DNA of 64,000 nucleotides from Eubacteriales bacterium (GCA_045629745.1 JAZQRU010000004.1:29614-93613); one strand, 5' to 3'. Positions 1 through 11,290 are shown, counted from the stretch's first letter. Notes: a model not told the origin generated them from the letters alone. Numbers and translations: made by a program.

Positions 1-2
1 CC

Positions 3-221
3 GTTCTCGTAATTATCTGGGGAAGCCTTTCAATATTCAAGCTTTATTTCAGTAAATACGAAGCAAAGCCTAAAGAAGTCGTAGAAGCTCCCGTGACTCC
101 TGCACCTGTGGCAGTTACCGACGACGGCGAAATCGTTGCAGTTATTGCGGCTGCTATCGCGGCGGCAGAGGTAGAGTCTGACGGAACGAAATTCAGAGTT
201 GTATCTTTTAAAAGAAAATGA
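3..221 (+). CDS. Sodium-pump decarboxylase gamma subunit (OadG family), C-terminal part; 5' end lies outside the window
   Basis: The frame is open from the window edge to TGA at 219-221. The translation ...VLVIIWGSLSIFKLYFSKYEAKPKEV...DDGEIVAVIAAAIAAAEVESDGTKFRVVSFKRK has a hydrophobic helix followed by the 'EIVAVIAAAI' type tail typical of OadG-like subunits. It is the first gene of a decarboxylase operon. Confidence 0.6.
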   Translation, partial: VLVIIWGSLSIFKLYFSKYEAKPKEVVEAPVTPAPVAVTDDGEIVAVIAAAIAAAEVESDGTKFRVVSFKRK

Positions 222-252
222 TTAACCGCATAAGCGGACGAAAGGATTTATT

Positions 253-687
253 ATGAAAAAGTATAATATAACAGTAAACGGCGCAACGTACGAAGTTCTC
301 GTTGAAGAAGTCGGCGGCGCACAGGCAGCAACTCCCGTTGTTGTATCTCAACCCGTATTTACCGCACCTCAGGCAGTTCCCGTAGCTCCCGTAGCTGCTC
401 CTCAGGCTGCTCCCGCAGCAGCTCCTGCACCTCAGGCTGCTCCTGCATCTAAGGCAGCTCCTCAGGCTCAGGGCGCAACCACCGTTACCGCTCCTATGCC
501 CGGAACCATTCTTCAGGTTAAGGTTACCGCAGGACAGGCTGTTAAGAAGGGCGATGTTATCTGCGTTCTCGAAGCTATGAAAATGGAAAATGATATTCCC
601 GCTCCTTGCGACGGTGTTATCGCATCCGTTACCGCGCAGAAGGGCGCATCCGTTGCCGCAGGCGATATTCTTGCTTCTCTCAACTAA
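253..687 (+). CDS. Biotin carboxyl carrier protein (biotinyl domain subunit of the decarboxylase)
   Basis: 144-aa ORF with a long Ala/Pro-rich linker followed by a biotin-attachment fold carrying 'VLEAMKMEN'. An aaagga RBS lies upstream of the ATG. Confidence 0.85.
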   Translation: MKKYNITVNGATYEVLVEEVGGAQAATPVVVSQPVFTAPQAVPVAPVAAPQAAPAAAPAPQAAPASKAAPQAQGATTVTAPMPGTILQVKVTAGQAVKKGDVICVLEAMKMENDIPAPCDGVIASVTAQKGASVAAGDILASLN

Positions 688-712
688 TTTCCGAAAGATG
701 CAGGTGTCTTAA

Positions 713-2101
713 ATGGAAGCAATTAAAAATTTCTTACAAACAACAGGTATATACCAGTTGTTATTTGATAATCAAGGTGCTTTCAGGACGGAATTCTGGC
801 AATATCTCGTGATGTATGTAATAGTAGGCGTGCTTATGTATCTTGCGATAGTCAAGAAATTTGAGCCTCTACTCCTTATGCCCATTGCGTTTGGTATGCT
901 TCTTGCGAATCTTCCCGGAGCAAACCTTATACACCTTGAATATTTCTTTGATGATTATTACTTAAACCCCGAAATAGGAACCTTTGCCGCTGAGCTTAAG
1001 AATTGGTTTGGCGAAACGGCATACACATACAAGGACGGAGTTTATACCTTTGCAGAAGAAGCTATCGCCTCTATTGAAGCAAGCTTTAACGCAAATAACG
1101 TTTTAACGAATGCTCTTACCTTTAAAGAGGGGGTAATTCACGTTAAAATGACTACCGTCGTTAAAGAGGTTATAAATAACGGCGGTCTTGTAGATATTCT
1201 TTATCTCGGTGTTAAATTCGGTATTTATCCCTCACTTATTTTCCTTGGCGTTGGCGCAATGACTGATTTCAGCCCTCTTATTGCTAACCCCAAATCCTTA
1301 CTTATGGGCGCAGGCGCTCAGCTTGGCGTTTTCGTAGCATTTTTCCTTGCTATAGTATCCGGAGTTTTCTCTCCTCAGGAAGCAGGAGCTATCGGTATTA
1401 TCGGCGGTGCTGACGGACCTACTGCAATTCTTGTTACCAAAGAGCTTGCTCCTCAGCTTCTCGGTGCAATTGCCATTGCAGCATATTCTTATATGGCGCT
1501 TATTCCCATTATTCAGCCGCCCTTTATGCGTCTTCTTACGACACAAAAGGAGCGCGAGATTAAAATGACGAACTTAAGACCCGTTTCAAAAACGGAAAAG
1601 GTTCTCTTCCCCATCATTGTTACGGCAGTTGTTTGTCTTATCATTCCCGATGCTGCGCCTCTCGTAGGCTTCCTTATGCTTGGTAACCTCTTCAACGTTT
1701 CGGGCGTTACCGACAGACTTTCTAAGACCTCTCAGAACGAGCTTATCAATATCGTTACTATCTTCCTTGGAGTTTCTGTAGGCGCTACTGCCAATGCAGA
1801 AAACTTCCTTCAGGTTAAGACGCTTCTCATAATTGCTCTCGGACTTTTCGCGTTTGCAATTTCGACCTGCGGCGGTCTTATCACCGGAAAAATTATGTGC
1901 AAGCTTACAGGCGGAAAAATCAACCCCCTTATCGGTTCTGCGGGAGTTTCCGCGGTTCCTATGGCGGCTCGTGTTGCTCAGGACGAAGGACGCAAGGCAG
2001 ATCCCTCGAACTTCCTTCTTATGCACGCTATGGGCCCCAACGTCGCAGGTGTTATTGGCTCTGCGGTTGCGGCAGGTGTATTCTTAAGTTTCTTCCGTTA
2101 A
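713..2101 (+). CDS. oadB: Na+-translocating decarboxylase beta subunit (OadB/GcdB/MmdB family)
   Basis: 462-aa polytopic membrane ORF with the hallmark motifs 'GVGAMTDFSPLIANPKS' and 'GSAGVSAVPMAARVAQ'. It is longer than the family members I recall (see finding). Confidence 0.9.
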   Translation: MEAIKNFLQTTGIYQLLFDNQGAFRTEFWQYLVMYVIVGVLMYLAIVKKFEPLLLMPIAFGMLLANLPGANLIHLEYFFDDYYLNPEIGTFAAELKNWFGETAYTYKDGVYTFAEEAIASIEASFNANNVLTNALTFKEGVIHVKMTTVVKEVINNGGLVDILYLGVKFGIYPSLIFLGVGAMTDFSPLIANPKSLLMGAGAQLGVFVAFFLAIVSGVFSPQEAGAIGIIGGADGPTAILVTKELAPQLLGAIAIAAYSYMALIPIIQPPFMRLLTTQKEREIKMTNLRPVSKTEKVLFPIIVTAVVCLIIPDAAPLVGFLMLGNLFNVSGVTDRLSKTSQNELINIVTIFLGVSVGATANAENFLQVKTLLIIALGLFAFAISTCGGLITGKIMCKLTGGKINPLIGSAGVSAVPMAARVAQDEGRKADPSNFLLMHAMGPNVAGVIGSAVAAGVFLSFFR

Positions 2102-2119
2102 TAAAGAAAGGATAACAAA

Positions 2120-3520
2120 ATGTCAAAGATTTTAATAACTGAAACAGTCCTCCGTGATGCCCATCAGTCACTTGCGGCAACTCGTATGACTACCGACGAA
2201 ATGATACCTATCCTTGAGGATATGGATAAGGTCGGATATTATTCCCTTGAAGCTTGGGGCGGCGCAACTTTCGACTCTTGCTTGCGTTTCCTTAACGAAG
2301 ATCCTTGGGAAAGACTCCGTACCATAAGAAACCACGTTAAAAACACAAAGCTTCAGATGCTTTTCAGAGGCCAGAACATACTCGGATACCGTCACTATGC
2401 TGACGACGTTGTAGAGTATTTCGTTCAGAAGTCCATTGCAAACGGTATTGATATTATCCGTATTTTCGATGCTCTTAACGACGCAAGAAACCTTGAAACA
2501 GCTATTAAAGCTACAAAAAAGGAAAACGGACACGTACAGGCGGCAATTTCCTACACAACCTCTCCCTTCCACACCAATGATAACTTTGCTCACTATGCAA
2601 AACAGCTTGTTGAGATGGGCGCAGATTCTATCTGCATTAAGGATATGTCCGGACTTCTCAAGCCCTACGAGGCATTCCAGCTTGTAAAGGCTCTTAAAAA
2701 GACTGTTAACGTTCCTATTCAGCTTCACACCCACTACACCGCAGGTCTTGGCTCTATGACTCTTCTTAAGGCTATTGAAGCAGGTGTTGACGGAGTTGAT
2801 ACTGCAATTTCTCCTCTCGCTATGGGTACCTCTCATACTCCTACCGAGTCACTTGTTGCAACGCTTCAGGGCACTCCCTATGACACAGGTCTTGAGCTTG
2901 ATAAGCTCGACGTTGTTGCTAAACACTTTAACAAAATCCGCGAGGATTATCTCGCAAAGGGCCTTATCGATCCTAAAGTTCTTAAGGTTGACGTTAACGC
3001 GCTTCGCTATCAGGTTCCCGGCGGTATGCTTTCAAACCTCATTTCTCAGCTTAAAATGGCAGGTAAGTCCGATAAGCTTGACGAGGTTCTTGAAGAGGTT
3101 GCAAACGTTCGTGAGGATGCAGGCTTCCCGCCTCTTGTAACTCCTACATCTCAGATAGTAGGTACTCAGGCAGTGAATAACGTTCTCTTTAACGAGGATG
3201 GCAGATATTCAAGAGTAACTAAGGAATTCAAGGCTCTTGTTCGCGGCGAGTACGGTAAATGCCCTGCTCCCGTTGACGAGGAATTTAAGAAGAAGATTAT
3301 CGGCGACGACCAGATAATTGACTACAGACCTGCTGATAAGATTCCTCCCGAAATTGATAATCTCCGTCAGCGCGTAGCTCCCTATCAGGAGCAAGACGAG
3401 GATCTTCTTTCTCTCGCTCTTTTCGAGCAGGTTGCTATCAAGTATTTCGAGTACAGAAAGCAACAGAAATATAAGCTCGATGCAAACGCAGACGTAGAAA
3501 ACGGAATTCATACTATTTAA
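2120..3520 (+). CDS. oadA: Oxaloacetate decarboxylase alpha / pyruvate carboxyltransferase (5S-type) subunit without a biotinyl domain
   Basis: 466-aa ORF. The N-terminus 'ITETVLRDAHQSLAATRMTTDEM...EAWGGATFD' is the HMGL-like carboxyltransferase barrel of OadA/PycB/transcarboxylase 5S. There is no C-terminal MKM biotinylation motif. Confidence 0.9.
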   Translation: MSKILITETVLRDAHQSLAATRMTTDEMIPILEDMDKVGYYSLEAWGGATFDSCLRFLNEDPWERLRTIRNHVKNTKLQMLFRGQNILGYRHYADDVVEYFVQKSIANGIDIIRIFDALNDARNLETAIKATKKENGHVQAAISYTTSPFHTNDNFAHYAKQLVEMGADSICIKDMSGLLKPYEAFQLVKALKKTVNVPIQLHTHYTAGLGSMTLLKAIEAGVDGVDTAISPLAMGTSHTPTESLVATLQGTPYDTGLELDKLDVVAKHFNKIREDYLAKGLIDPKVLKVDVNALRYQVPGGMLSNLISQLKMAGKSDKLDEVLEEVANVREDAGFPPLVTPTSQIVGTQAVNNVLFNEDGRYSRVTKEFKALVRGEYGKCPAPVDEEFKKKIIGDDQIIDYRPADKIPPEIDNLRQRVAPYQEQDEDLLSLALFEQVAIKYFEYRKQQKYKLDANADVENGIHTI

Positions 3521-3526
3521 TTTAAA

Positions 3527-3560
3527 AAGAACTGCGATAAATACGTCGCAGTTCTTTTCG
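3527..3560. terminator. Rho-independent terminator hairpin, bidirectional (decarboxylase operon / ftsH)
   Basis: The stem aagaactgcg (3527-3536) pairs with cgcagttctt (3547-3556). It is flanked by an A-run upstream and a T-run downstream, so it can act on both strands. Confidence 0.6.
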
Positions 3561-3571
3561 TTATACAATCG

Positions 3572-3610
3572 AGAGCGAAGACGCATAAAGCATCTTCGCT
3601 CTTTTTGCTT
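3572..3610 (+). terminator. Second hairpin plus T-tract between the convergent oadA and ftsH genes
   Basis: The stem agagcgaaga (3572-3581) pairs with tcttcgctct (3593-3602) and is followed by ttttgctttt. Confidence 0.5.
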
Positions 3611-5947
3611 TTATTCTTCGGAAACGTTTTCGTCAGAAGAATTTTTATTTTCATCGGAGCTTTCGTTTGAGTCTATAGTAACGTTGTCGGATGAGCTATC
3701 ATCCTTGAAAGCTTCGGTTTGCTCTGTGCTTTGAACATCGTCAAAGTCGGCATTCGCCTCGGGTTCGCTAGGCTTTTCGGTATCTTTGCCGTGAGGCTCT
3801 TCCTTAGCGGGAGTTTGCCAAACGTTACGGAAAAAGTCGTCGGTAAGCATTCCGTTATCGGCATCGCGCCTTTCTGCTTCGCGACGGATCGCATCCTGTC
3901 TTAAAGCCTCTTCTCTTTCGCGAGCCTCGGCTTCTTCCTTAAGTCTTTCATCGAAAGCCTTTTTATTTTCTTCGTCGCTCTTTTTCTTCTTATCGTCAGC
4001 TATCTTTTCAATATCCTCAATAGTGGGATTTTCCATTTCCATAGCCGCGCGGAACTGCTCTTCGTCCATAAACTCGTTCTTGAGCAGGTATTCTGCGATA
4101 AAGTGAAGCTTATCAATGTTTTTGGTGAGTATAGTCTTACAGGTTTTGTAAGCATTACTGATAATATTTCTGATTTCAACGTCGATTTCTGCGGCTGTTT
4201 CTTCGGAATAATTCTTGCCCGAAGAGAAATCTCTGCCAAGGAACACTTCATCAGAGGAATGCTCCGAGCCGTAAAGAACAGTACCGAGCTTATCACTCAT
4301 ACCGTATCTCGTTACCATATTACGTGCAATTGCCGTAGCCTGCTGAATATCGTTAGAAGCGCCAGTGGAAATATCGTCAAGAACTATCTCCTCTGCAACT
4401 CTTCCGCCGAGAGAAAGAACGATTCTGTCTATCATTTCATTTCTCGAGCTTGTCATTTTATCCTCTGTGGGAACGCTTAAGGTAACGCCGCCTGCGCTTC
4501 CCGCAGGGATAATGGTAATGTGCTTAACGGGGTCTGTGTGCTTTGAGAAATATGAAGCAACTGCGTGGCCTGCTTCGTGATATGCGCAAAGTCTGTTATC
4601 CTTTTCGGTACGAAGCTTGGTTTTCTTTTGAGGACCGAGAAGAAGCTTCATATAAGATTCTTCAATATCCTCCATACCGATAAGAGATTTGTTCTTCTTA
4701 GCTGCCTTAAGAGCTGCCTCGTTCATAAGGTTTGCAAGCTCTGCACCAGTAAATCCGATAGTAGTCTGTGCTATCTTTCTGAGATTTACAGTGCGTTCAA
4801 GGGGTTTGTTACGGCAATGAACCTTGAGTATTGCTTCTCTGCCGTTCATATCGGGATAATTTACGGTAACGCGCCTATCAAAACGTCCGGGACGCAAAAG
4901 TGCGGGGTCGAGTATATCAGGGCGGTTTGTTGCCGCAATAACTATAACGCCTGAGTTTGTACCAAAGCCGTCCATTTCAACGAGTATTTGGTTAAGCGTC
5001 TGTTCTCTTTCGTCGTGTCCTCCGCCAAGGCCTGCGCCTCTGTGTCTGCCGACTGCATCAATTTCGTCAATAAAAATAATGCTTGCGGGGGTTTTTCTTG
5101 CGTTGTCAAAAAGGTCGCGCACTCTTGAAGCGCCAACACCGACGTACATTTCAACGAAGTCTGAGCCGGAGATTGAGAAGAAAGGGACGCCTGCTTCACC
5201 TGCAACGGCTTTAGCAAGCAAGGTTTTACCCGTGCCGGGAGGGCCTACGAGAAGAACACCTCTTGGGATTCTCGCACCAAGCTTTACGAACTTTTCGGGG
5301 TCCTTTAAAAATTCAACGACCTCTTCAAGCTCTGCTTTCTCTTCGTCTGCACCTGCAACGTCGGCAAATTTAACCGCATCCTTCTCGTTATAGTAAACCT
5401 TCGCCTTTGATCTTGCAAAGGAATTCATTTTGCCGGCACCGCCGGGAGCCTGACGCATCACGAATATCCAAAGCACAACGAATACAACGAGAACAATGAT
5501 ATAAGGAAGATACGCCTGATACCACGGAATTGGTGTAGGCTCTGCATAGTTGTAGCTTTCAAAGTTAGTAGCTATTCCCGCTTCCTTTGCCGCCATCTTT
5601 TCTCTTGCCAATTCGTCAATCTGAGTAAGCTGGAGATTATAGCTAAGAGCAAAATTAACGGTTGAATATACGTATTGTCCGTTTTTCATTTCAAAAACGA
5701 TATTACCGAGCGTGTCTCTTGCGTAAGAGCCGTCCTCGTTTCTCAAAGGTGTCAAGGTCTTGAGTGATAGATTCAAGCTATCGTCAACCTCAAAGGAAAC
5801 TACTATATCATCCTTGAACATTTCAATAATTTGACTGTACTTTACTTCTTCGTCTTTGTTGATGGCGCCTGAAATGAAAGAAACCGCAAGAAGAACGGAT
5901 ACAATGAGAAGTAAAAGTAACAATATGTTCTTAAAATTTGCCTTCAT
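3611..5947 (-). CDS. ftsH: ATP-dependent zinc metalloprotease FtsH
   Basis: 778 aa with Walker A 'GPPGTGKT', Walker B 'IIFIDEIDA', SRH '[19 protein letters not shown]' and zinc site 'HEAGHA'. The N-terminus has two TM segments. About the last 150 aa form an acidic K/E/D/S-rich tail. Confidence 0.97.
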   Translation of the reverse strand: MKANFKNILLLLLLIVSVLLAVSFISGAINKDEEVKYSQIIEMFKDDIVVSFEVDDSLNLSLKTLTPLRNEDGSYARDTLGNIVFEMKNGQYVYSTVNFALSYNLQLTQIDELAREKMAAKEAGIATNFESYNYAEPTPIPWYQAYLPYIIVLVVFVVLWIFVMRQAPGGAGKMNSFARSKAKVYYNEKDAVKFADVAGADEEKAELEEVVEFLKDPEKFVKLGARIPRGVLLVGPPGTGKTLLAKAVAGEAGVPFFSISGSDFVEMYVGVGASRVRDLFDNARKTPASIIFIDEIDAVGRHRGAGLGGGHDEREQTLNQILVEMDGFGTNSGVIVIAATNRPDILDPALLRPGRFDRRVTVNYPDMNGREAILKVHCRNKPLERTVNLRKIAQTTIGFTGAELANLMNEAALKAAKKNKSLIGMEDIEESYMKLLLGPQKKTKLRTEKDNRLCAYHEAGHAVASYFSKHTDPVKHITIIPAGSAGGVTLSVPTEDKMTSSRNEMIDRIVLSLGGRVAEEIVLDDISTGASNDIQQATAIARNMVTRYGMSDKLGTVLYGSEHSSDEVFLGRDFSSGKNYSEETAAEIDVEIRNIISNAYKTCKTILTKNIDKLHFIAEYLLKNEFMDEEQFRAAMEMENPTIEDIEKIADDKKKKSDEENKKAFDERLKEEAEAREREEALRQDAIRREAERRDADNGMLTDDFFRNVWQTPAKEEPHGKDTEKPSEPEANADFDDVQSTEQTEAFKDDSSSDNVTIDSNESSDENKNSSDENVSEE

Positions 5948-6012
5948 TAAGAAATTCAGCCTTTCTGTTTATGAGTACTGTTATTGTATGGCTTTTAGCC
6001 GTAAATATGTTA

Positions 6013-7470
6013 TTAAATGATATAAAAGCTACGCTTTTTTGCCAAAGCTTTATCGCGAGGAGTACAAATCGTAACGTAAAATGCATTACCTACGGATCCG
6101 TCACGGGCTTTATAACCGGGAATCCAGAGTATTCCAGCACCGTCGCATATAACGGGAACGTTACATCTTTGCGAGGGCGGAACTTCTTTATCGTTAAAAA
6201 GCTTTTTGAGCTTACGCGTCATACCACCTGCGCGGTAGGCGTCTCCGTCTTTTTTGCTTCTGACATAAAGCCCAGAATGTATTATATCAAAATCAAACGA
6301 AGCTTGTATTGAAATTTTGTAAACATTTGAAAAAGTTTTATCTAATTTTGTCTCGGAAACGATAATTAAATCGTTAAAGCCCTCGATTTTGTTCTCTCCA
6401 AAGGAAAGCTTTGAAAAAAAATCTTCATATTCAGTATGAGGAGCGATATAACATTCACCGCACTCGGAAATAAATTCATATCCCTGCGGAAGCGAAAGCT
6501 TGAAGCTTCCCGACGGAATAAGCTCTGTTATTTTTGAAATATGGACTTTCTCGAGGGAAATTCCCTTTTCATTTCCGAGAAAATGAATAACACGCGCTGT
6601 GAGTGAGGGGTGAAGCTTTGAGAGCTTATCTCGAGGTATCTTTCCCGAAACCGAGTTTTGAAGACAAAAATTCTTAGCGCATTCTTCGATAAAATCATTA
6701 TCCTGCCTTAAGGAGCTCGAAAGTCTTGTAACCATTTCCTCGGGATTATCGAAAAGGCGCGAAAACTTCGGAATAATCTCATGTCTTATATAGTTTCTTG
6801 AATATTCGGTCGATAGGTTCGTAGAGTCGCACGCATACTTAATATTCTTTTCCAAAAGGAGCTTTATTATTTCACTCTTTGAAATTTCAAGTATCGGACG
6901 AATGATGTTATCTCTTACGGGAGCTATGCCCGAAATGCCGCGAAGACCTGTGCCGCGCATCATATTAAACAATACGGTTTCAAAATTATCGTCGGCATTA
7001 TGAGCCACTGCAACCGAAGAAATATCGTTTCTGCTTTGAATTATATCCTCGAAAACGCTGTATCTCAAATTTCTTGCTGCTTCCTCAAGGCATAGCTTGT
7101 TTTCGCTTGCAAAAAGCTTTGCATCTACCTTGCGTGAAATAAATTCAACACCGATACGCGCTGCATATTCGCGCGAAAATTCTTCGTCACGATTCGCTTC
7201 TTCGCCTCTTATAGAATGATTTACGTGAAGCGCGAGAATTTTAAAATCCCGTCCTTCTCTCTTCTTATACTCGTTTAAAAATTCAAGCAAAAATACAGAA
7301 TCGGGACCACCGGAAAAACCGACGAGAACGCCCTTCTGAATTGCGTCTATCATTGAAAGCTTATTGATAAAATAACAAACTTTTCTATATAGCTTTTCAC
7401 CGAGCTCGCCTTCAAAAACAAGTGTTTTATTTAGCGTTGTCAAGTTTTTTTGTCGTCCTTCTTTAAGCAT
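6013..7470 (-). CDS. tilS: tRNA(Ile)-lysidine synthetase TilS
   Basis: PP-loop 'LVGFSGGPDSVFLL' and the TilS C-terminal domain '...GMTRKLKKLFNDKEVPPSQR'. The gene sits immediately upstream of ftsH, as in other Firmicutes. The start is ambiguous. The track start at 7497 is a TTG inside dnaB, so the ATG at 7470 is used here, which still overlaps the dnaB 3' end. Confidence 0.88.
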   Translation of the reverse strand: MLKEGRQKNLTTLNKTLVFEGELGEKLYRKVCYFINKLSMIDAIQKGVLVGFSGGPDSVFLLEFLNEYKKREGRDFKILALHVNHSIRGEEANRDEEFSREYAARIGVEFISRKVDAKLFASENKLCLEEAARNLRYSVFEDIIQSRNDISSVAVAHNADDNFETVLFNMMRGTGLRGISGIAPVRDNIIRPILEISKSEIIKLLLEKNIKYACDSTNLSTEYSRNYIRHEIIPKFSRLFDNPEEMVTRLSSSLRQDNDFIEECAKNFCLQNSVSGKIPRDKLSKLHPSLTARVIHFLGNEKGISLEKVHISKITELIPSGSFKLSLPQGYEFISECGECYIAPHTEYEDFFSKLSFGENKIEGFNDLIIVSETKLDKTFSNVYKISIQASFDFDIIHSGLYVRSKKDGDAYRAGGMTRKLKKLFNDKEVPPSQRCNVPVICDGAGILWIPGYKARDGSVGNAFYVTICTPRDKALAKKRSFYII

Positions 7471-8807
7471 CTGAATTTTGTGAACTGTCCCATCCAACCG
7501 ACCTTGATGTTACCTGTAGAGCCGTGTCTATTTTTTGCAACGATAACCTCTGCGGTATTGGCGGATGATGAATCTGCGTTATCAGTTTGGCTTACGCCTT
7601 TCAAATCGTTATAATATTCATCTCTGTAAAGGAAAAGAACTATATCCGCGTCTTGCTCAATGCTTCCCGAATCACGAAGGTCTGAAAGTGTCGGCTTTTT
7701 GTTTTCTCCAGTTCTGCCCTCAGTTCCGCGGTTAAGCTGTGCGCAGCATACGATGGGAATGCCGAAATCCTTAGCCATAATTTTAAGATTTCTCGAAATT
7801 TCTCCGACCTGTTGCGCTCTGTTATCGGTATTGACTGTGCTTTTCATAAGACCGATATAGTCGATAACTACAAGTCCGAGATTAGGAATTCTTCTGAGCT
7901 TTGATTTCATTTCTGCGGCGGTAATATCCGAGGTATCGTCTATATACATATCACAGCCCGAAAGCTTTGAAACGACGCCTGCGATATTATCCCAGTCTTC
8001 AGGTCTTAACTGACCTGTTCTAAGACTTTTTGAGTCAACCATAGATTCGCTTGAGAGTATTCTCGTAACGAGCTGTTCGCCCGACATTTCAAGGGAGAAA
8101 ATAGCAACTGCTTTCCCTGATCTTGCAACGTTTGTAGCAACGTTCATAGCAAAAGAGGTTTTACCCATACCGGGACGGGCACCGACTATAACAAGGTCGC
8201 CCTTACCAAGCTGTATAAGCATACTGTCAAGGTCGGAGAAGCCTGTCTTGCTTCCCGTAACGGCGCCTCCATTTTCGGAGGTTATCTCGATTTCCTGATA
8301 AACGTTCTGCAAAATATCGCGAATATGGCGAAAATCCTTTGCTTCATTGTTATGAGAAAGATCAAATATTCTCTGCTCCGCACTATCGATTATCGTGCGC
8401 ACGGGAGCAGCCTCCTCGTAAGACTCGTCGGTAATCTCCTCGCATATACCGATAAGCTTGCGAAGCTTTGATTTGTCCTTAACTATTACCGCGTAGTCTT
8501 TAACGTTAGAAACCGAAGGAACGGAGCTTGCAATGATGGAAATATACTTTATTCCCTCTTCCTTGTCTTTTCTTCCGTCTTCTGTAAGCGCGTTGAGAAG
8601 CGTTACAGTGTCAATAGTTCTGCTCTGAGTATACATCTTCACAAGAGCCTCGTATATGCGCTTGTGGTCCTCTAAATAAAAATCTTCACTGGTGATAATG
8701 CCTGCAACCTTGTCAAAGCACTCTGGGTCCGTAATAATAGATCCAAGCAAAGCTCTTTCCGCCTCGATGCTCACAGGCATTTGTCTTGTTAAACTGCCTC
8801 TATCCAT
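7440..8807 (-). CDS. dnaB: Replicative DNA helicase DnaB
   Basis: 455 aa with an N-terminal DnaB domain and a RecA-like core carrying Walker A 'GARPGMGKTSFA'. It shows the rplI-dnaB synteny. Confidence 0.97.
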   Translation of the reverse strand: MDRGSLTRQMPVSIEAERALLGSIITDPECFDKVAGIITSEDFYLEDHKRIYEALVKMYTQSRTIDTVTLLNALTEDGRKDKEEGIKYISIIASSVPSVSNVKDYAVIVKDKSKLRKLIGICEEITDESYEEAAPVRTIIDSAEQRIFDLSHNNEAKDFRHIRDILQNVYQEIEITSENGGAVTGSKTGFSDLDSMLIQLGKGDLVIVGARPGMGKTSFAMNVATNVARSGKAVAIFSLEMSGEQLVTRILSSESMVDSKSLRTGQLRPEDWDNIAGVVSKLSGCDMYIDDTSDITAAEMKSKLRRIPNLGLVVIDYIGLMKSTVNTDNRAQQVGEISRNLKIMAKDFGIPIVCCAQLNRGTEGRTGENKKPTLSDLRDSGSIEQDADIVLFLYRDEYYNDLKGVSQTDNADSSSANTAEVIVAKNRHGSTGNIKVGWMGQFTKFRCLKKDDKKT

Positions 8808-8828
8808 TTTCTAAATCCTATTAAAAAA

Positions 8829-9272
8829 TTATTCGTGAACGTTTACAAGGAATTTTCCTACTACGTCTTGGAAAAGCTTGATTTCAACTGAATACGAGCC
8901 GTAAGCGCGAATGGGATCTTTTAGATTTATCTTTCTTTTGTCAACGTCTTGTGAAATTACCTTCTTAAGAGCTTCTGCAATGTCCTTAGAGGTAACAGAG
9001 CCATAAAGGTGGCCGTCTTGTCCGTGTCCCATCTTAAATTCAAGCGTTACGTCTTTAATTCTTTCTGAAAGAGCGAGAGCTGCCTTGCGCTCCTCGTTAA
9101 GCTTATACTGCTTAGCATCCTCTTTGCTCTTAAGCTCGCTCGTCGCCTTAGCATCTGCGGGAATAGCCTTTTTCTGAGGAAAAAGGAAATTGCGGGCATA
9201 TCCGTCAGAAACGTTTATAATCTGGTCCTTTTTGCCCTGACCTTTAACGTCGCATAATAAAATTACTTTCAT
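8829..9272 (-). CDS. rplI: 50S ribosomal protein L9
   Basis: 147 aa; '[36 protein letters not shown]' is the canonical L9 N-terminus. Confidence 0.95.
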   Translation of the reverse strand: MKVILLCDVKGQGKKDQIINVSDGYARNFLFPQKKAIPADAKATSELKSKEDAKQYKLNEERKAALALSERIKDVTLEFKMGHGQDGHLYGSVTSKDIAEALKKVISQDVDKRKINLKDPIRAYGSYSVEIKLFQDVVGKFLVNVHE

Positions 9273-9286
9273 AATTCTCTCCTTAA

Positions 9287-11290
9287 TTACTGCTCAAAAT
9301 ATGTGTCAATGCTTGCCTTTAAGGTTTCAAGCACGCTAGTTATCGTATCGGAAACAACTTGCGCACCCGCCACGTCGAAGTGACCGCCTCCGCCCAGCTT
9401 TTCAAGTATAAGCTGAACGTTAATTTCGCCGTTTGAGCGGCCCGAGATATGAATTTGCTCGCCAATTCTTACAAGAGCAAATGACGCCTCAATTCCGCGA
9501 AGCGTCAACATTTTGTCCGCTGCCTTGGAAGCTATTATTCTGTAACTGTTATCGGTTTCACCGTCACAGGCGGAAATAGCAATATTTCCGTGATAGGTTG
9601 TTATTGAAGTATGGAAGCGCGCTTCCTTTGAAAGATCGTCTGCCGAAGCCTTGAAAAGATTATAAACGCTCGTAGGACTTGCTCCTGCACCGCGAAGATA
9701 TTGAGCCGCGCCAAAGGTTCTTGTTCCTGTATTTCTTGTAAACTGCTTCGTATCAAGAAGAATACCTGCAAGAAGCATATCAGCCGCTTCTTTCAAAAGA
9801 CTCTGAGAGCTTACGGCATTTTCAAGCATTTCAGTAACAAGCTCGCACGCGCTTGAAGCAGATGGCTCAATATACGAGAGCTTAACAACCTCGGGCATAG
9901 CCTCGATTTTTCTGTGGTGGTCGATAATTACGACGTTATCAACGTTTTTAGCAAGGTCTTGGAACTGTGCTCTTTCAAGTGTGTTGTGGTCGACAAGAAT
10001 AACCAAGGTATCGGGACCAAAAAGGTCGTGAGCCTCTGCGTTGTCCACGAACATCTGTGAATACATTTCTGTTTTTGCAAGACGCTTGATAGATTCCTCG
10101 AGGTTCTTATCGCGAAGGTCTATTGCAATATTTGTTTTAACACCGCAAAGAAGACACAGCCTTGCAACACCTACGGAAGCTCCAAAGGAGTCAAAATCTC
10201 CGTATCTGTGTCCCATAATGATTACGTTATCTGCTCTTGCTATTAAAGCGGTGAGCTGATTCGTAAAGGTTCTTGAGCGCACGTTTGAGCGCTTGTAAAC
10301 GGACTTGGTTCTGCCTCCGTAATACTCAATTGAGGTTTCTGTTTTGAAGGCAACCTGGTCGCCGCCGCGTTGAAGTGCCATATCAATAGCTTCTCTTGCC
10401 GCGTTTTCGCGTTCACTAAGTGTGCCCTTAATTCTTGATACGCCTATTGAAACGGTTATCGAAACACTGTCACCTACGCGCGTGTCGCGTATATCGTCAA
10501 GAATTGCGAATCGGTTTGCTATACATTCGTCAAGCTTCGAGGAATCGAAGAACATAATGTATTTATCGTTGTCATACGGCTTGATAATACCGTTAAGCGA
10601 TGCGGCAAAATCCTTAAGCTTATCGTCAACTACCGAAACTGCTTCACGGAATTTTTCGTGAACGTATTGAAGTATATCCTCAACGTTGTCAATAGCAATA
10701 TATGCAACGGCTACGCGCTCGTCGTTATATCTCTTCTCTGAAAGTCTAAGCTCCGTCACGTCTGTAAGCATTGCAACGTAAAGTCCTTGTCCGCGCTCGG
10801 AAACCGTAAAGCCCTCAACGTTGTAAATTCTGTCGCCAAGACTTAGGGGTATCTTGCCGAAGTTGTCAAGGCTTAAGGAATCCTTAAAAATTCTTTCAAC
10901 GTTGTCACCGACAAGATTCGCATCGCCAGGCAAAATGTTACGCATAGAATCATTATACCAAAGAACCGTTCCTATAGAGTCTATCGCGATAATGGGTGAT
11001 ACGGAATTTCTTATAATGACGCTTCCGTCTTCCGAGAGAAGACCGTGTATATTCTTTTCGGGGAGCGAAGAAAGCGACGCAACTCTGAAAAATCCGAGAA
11101 GCGCGATTTCTCCAAGATAAATAAGCGCTAAGGGTATTGCGAAAAGCGCCGTAGGTACGGAATCGAAAATTTCGCAAAGCACCGCGAGAATGAAAAGATT
11201 AAGACAAGCGAGAGCTATTGCAACACCGATTTCGTATCTTGAAGCAAAAGGTATGCGTTTTTTTGAAGATCTGTTAGAATTTAATGACAT
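9287..11290 (-). CDS. gdpP: Cyclic-di-AMP phosphodiesterase GdpP (YybT-type, membrane DHH/DHHA1 protein)
   Basis: Two N-terminal TM helices, a PAS-like region, a degenerate GGDEF-like region, the DHH motif 'VVIIDHHRK' and the DHHA1 motif '[10 protein letters not shown]'. The yybS-yybT-rplI-dnaB order matches Bacillus. The ATG at 11290, preceded by gaaagg, is preferred over the track start at 11320. Confidence 0.85.
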   Translation of the reverse strand: MSLNSNRSSKKRIPFASRYEIGVAIALACLNLFILAVLCEIFDSVPTALFAIPLALIYLGEIALLGFFRVASLSSLPEKNIHGLLSEDGSVIIRNSVSPIIAIDSIGTVLWYNDSMRNILPGDANLVGDNVERIFKDSLSLDNFGKIPLSLGDRIYNVEGFTVSERGQGLYVAMLTDVTELRLSEKRYNDERVAVAYIAIDNVEDILQYVHEKFREAVSVVDDKLKDFAASLNGIIKPYDNDKYIMFFDSSKLDECIANRFAILDDIRDTRVGDSVSITVSIGVSRIKGTLSERENAAREAIDMALQRGGDQVAFKTETSIEYYGGRTKSVYKRSNVRSRTFTNQLTALIARADNVIIMGHRYGDFDSFGASVGVARLCLLCGVKTNIAIDLRDKNLEESIKRLAKTEMYSQMFVDNAEAHDLFGPDTLVILVDHNTLERAQFQDLAKNVDNVVIIDHHRKIEAMPEVVKLSYIEPSASSACELVTEMLENAVSSQSLLKEAADMLLAGILLDTKQFTRNTGTRTFGAAQYLRGAGASPTSVYNLFKASADDLSKEARFHTSITTYHGNIAISACDGETDNSYRIIASKAADKMLTLRGIEASFALVRIGEQIHISGRSNGEINVQLILEKLGGGGHFDVAGAQVVSDTITSVLETLKASIDTYFEQ

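Noticed and set aside
253-470. Repetitive GCTCC(T/C)...CAGGCTGCTCC DNA that looks like a tandem repeat.
   Set aside because: It encodes the Ala/Pro-rich flexible linker normal for biotin carrier proteins. It is an imperfect, in-frame, low-complexity segment, not a repeat element.
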